A DNA stretch of 64,000 bases from Glycera tridactyla (taxonomy: Eukaryota). The notes under the pieces were generated by a model that ran no database searches, was not told the DNA's origin, and worked only from the letters and a program-made list of their open reading frames with translations. The stretch lies in NCBI GenBank assembly GCA_965644265.1, contig OZ286460.1, forward strand, positions 52,762,001 to 52,826,000. The letters run 5' to 3'. This document shows positions 62,527-64,000 of this stretch, in pieces (the first letter of the stretch is position 1; the number at the start of each line of letters is the position of its first letter). A program made the translations under genes and the position numbers.

Positions 62527-64000
62527 AGCTTGAGGTCCACTGACATGTCTCAATCTATGGGATTACACTTTCCATGTACCACACTAATATTCCCAAATAT
62601 CCAACATCGAGAAAATGCCTGATAAAGTGTGACCTTTAACATCACTCGAACATCACCAAAATGTAGTCTCTCATTGAGGTATATTCTGTGAAAGAGAAGC
62701 TGAATTGGAGAGCATTCCAATGTTCGCAGATGGTCTTGTTGCCAGTTCAACTGTATTTTGTGGAAAGTATGAGTATGAGTATGTATTACTCCAAAGGTGT
62801 GTGATCACAGAGTCAACAAGGCCAAGAAGGCAAGGCCAGTACTTAGGTACTCGATGGCAGGCTTGAAGTAGTACTGCGGGCAATTGTTGATACACATCTG
62901 TTGTGCAGACCCTATTTACCTGAAGGAATCCACTTAGTAAGAGCGCTAAGCTTATTGCGGCCACGTACACTTGAATGTGTCCTGTTGACGGCATTAGCCA
63001 ATGGACTTTGCACATGACTTGACATTACAGTGGCTACTTAGCTTTCATTTAAGGCCGGATAATGCTCCTGCGGCCAGGTAGAACCTGATGCTATCGACTC
63101 GCTTTACACTTGTTATTGCTCCCTACCCACTCCTCCAACTAAATACCACACACTCCACACAACAACACAAATACAAAATCACTTTTTAAATGATAATCCC
63201 TTGCCAGTTACATCACAAATTGGTTTTAATTCGACCCAGAATTTCTCTCAACAAATACGAATTCAGAGAATTTCAGGTACTAGTAGTAGCGGTATAGCTT
63301 CTGTGTTGCCAAAAGTTTATATAATGATGACAATAATGATAATTCGATCATATTCATAATAATAATGATGATCATGATCATAATTGAAATAAATGTTATC
63401 ATCATCAGTGCTACTACTAATAAAAATCTCTGTCAATCCTAAGTGTAGTGGAGTCCTCAAAATAACAAAATATATATGAAGGGCATGGGTGAAAGTGGCA
63501 TTGGACAGTTGAAGGGTTAAGGGCCAGCGGCCCAGAGAGAAGGTAGCTGAGTGCGCAGGTCTGGGCCATTCCCTCTTAGCGGGTACACACTGACTCCATT
63601 TTAAGTGTAGTCTTTGATCTCGGCTGCCGGTTTAAATGCAGATTGTTAGAACGTGAATCTGATCCGAGATCTGGTTATCTCATACCCCAAGGCATGAAAC
63701 ACAAGGCACTGCGCCACCATCTGGTGGACACAAGATGCAGCCTGTCTCTCTCTGGCCTTAGCTAGGGTTTTCCCCCATCCTCCATCTCTTCGTATAATCC
63801 AGGGCATATTTTCACAGCGTCTAGTGACCAAAAGTGAAAGCTAACATAATACTCCTTGATCTGTGGATATTCAAGTTGAAGAGCCACTCATATCTTGTCA
63901 AATCTAAGTTAGTAGTACAGAAAAACCTGACACGAGAAGTGCTTTCTTTGAACAGGTGGTCTCTTTGATGGGGTTGAACAACAGGTTCCAATATGATACT

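Larger units (their letters stand above)
43488..64000 (-). other. Probable Meis intron upstream of the helix-3 exon (upstream exons outside the window or in a gap)
   Basis: AG acceptor at 43489-43488. A by-eye search for the reverse complement of HPYPSEEQKKQLA...QVNNW found nothing up to 64000. One 204-nt N-gap (54717-54920) cannot be inspected. Confidence 0.75.

Noticed and set aside
1-64000. tRNA, rRNA, CRISPR arrays, operons or intact transposase/RT genes
   Set aside because: None seen. The sequence is animal intronic and intergenic DNA, and no long intact ORF exists.

Overview
This is animal genomic DNA (about 40% GC, microsatellite-rich, 11 N-gaps). It looks lophotrochozoan or mollusc-like, but that is an inference. 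The window holds the 3' end of a Meis/homothorax (TALE homeobox) gene on the minus strand. Three coding exons are clearly supported: 43487-43429 (end of homeodomain helix 3, (W)FINARRRIVQPMIDQSNRA), 42494-42417 (GPSSTYSPEGAGMGYMDNSQMHMRGP) and 16363-16113 (GMGMPGAEMYG...QLRPPVHSQAMLIPGHPHH...IQDIHAG*). All have canonical AG/GT boundaries and compatible phases. The preceding HPYPSEEQ...QVNNW exon was not found, so 43488-64000 is probably intron. The last intron is about 26 kb. Roughly 1-9 kb is repeat-rich flank with decayed LINE RT and unidentified coding-like relics. Nearly all other ORFs in the track are microsatellite, gap or chance artefacts. I see no demonstrably new molecular system. The best leads are: (i) five perfect nuclear-receptor direct repeats (two DR1, one DR3, two DR4) in the Meis introns; (ii) a candidate short-tail cassette exon (...RGPDEHSWHSS*) resembling the vertebrate MEIS1A GQWHYM* tail, followed by a dense MBNL-type YGCY cluster, plus an Rbfox-motif array before the terminal exon; (iii) CTCF-like motifs around the 3' end; (iv) an antisense exon-like His/Pro-rich unit downstream of the stop; (v) two divergent, oppositely oriented copies of an unidentified IPxNKYxxDPMY peptide relic. 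All motif counts and alignments were done by eye.
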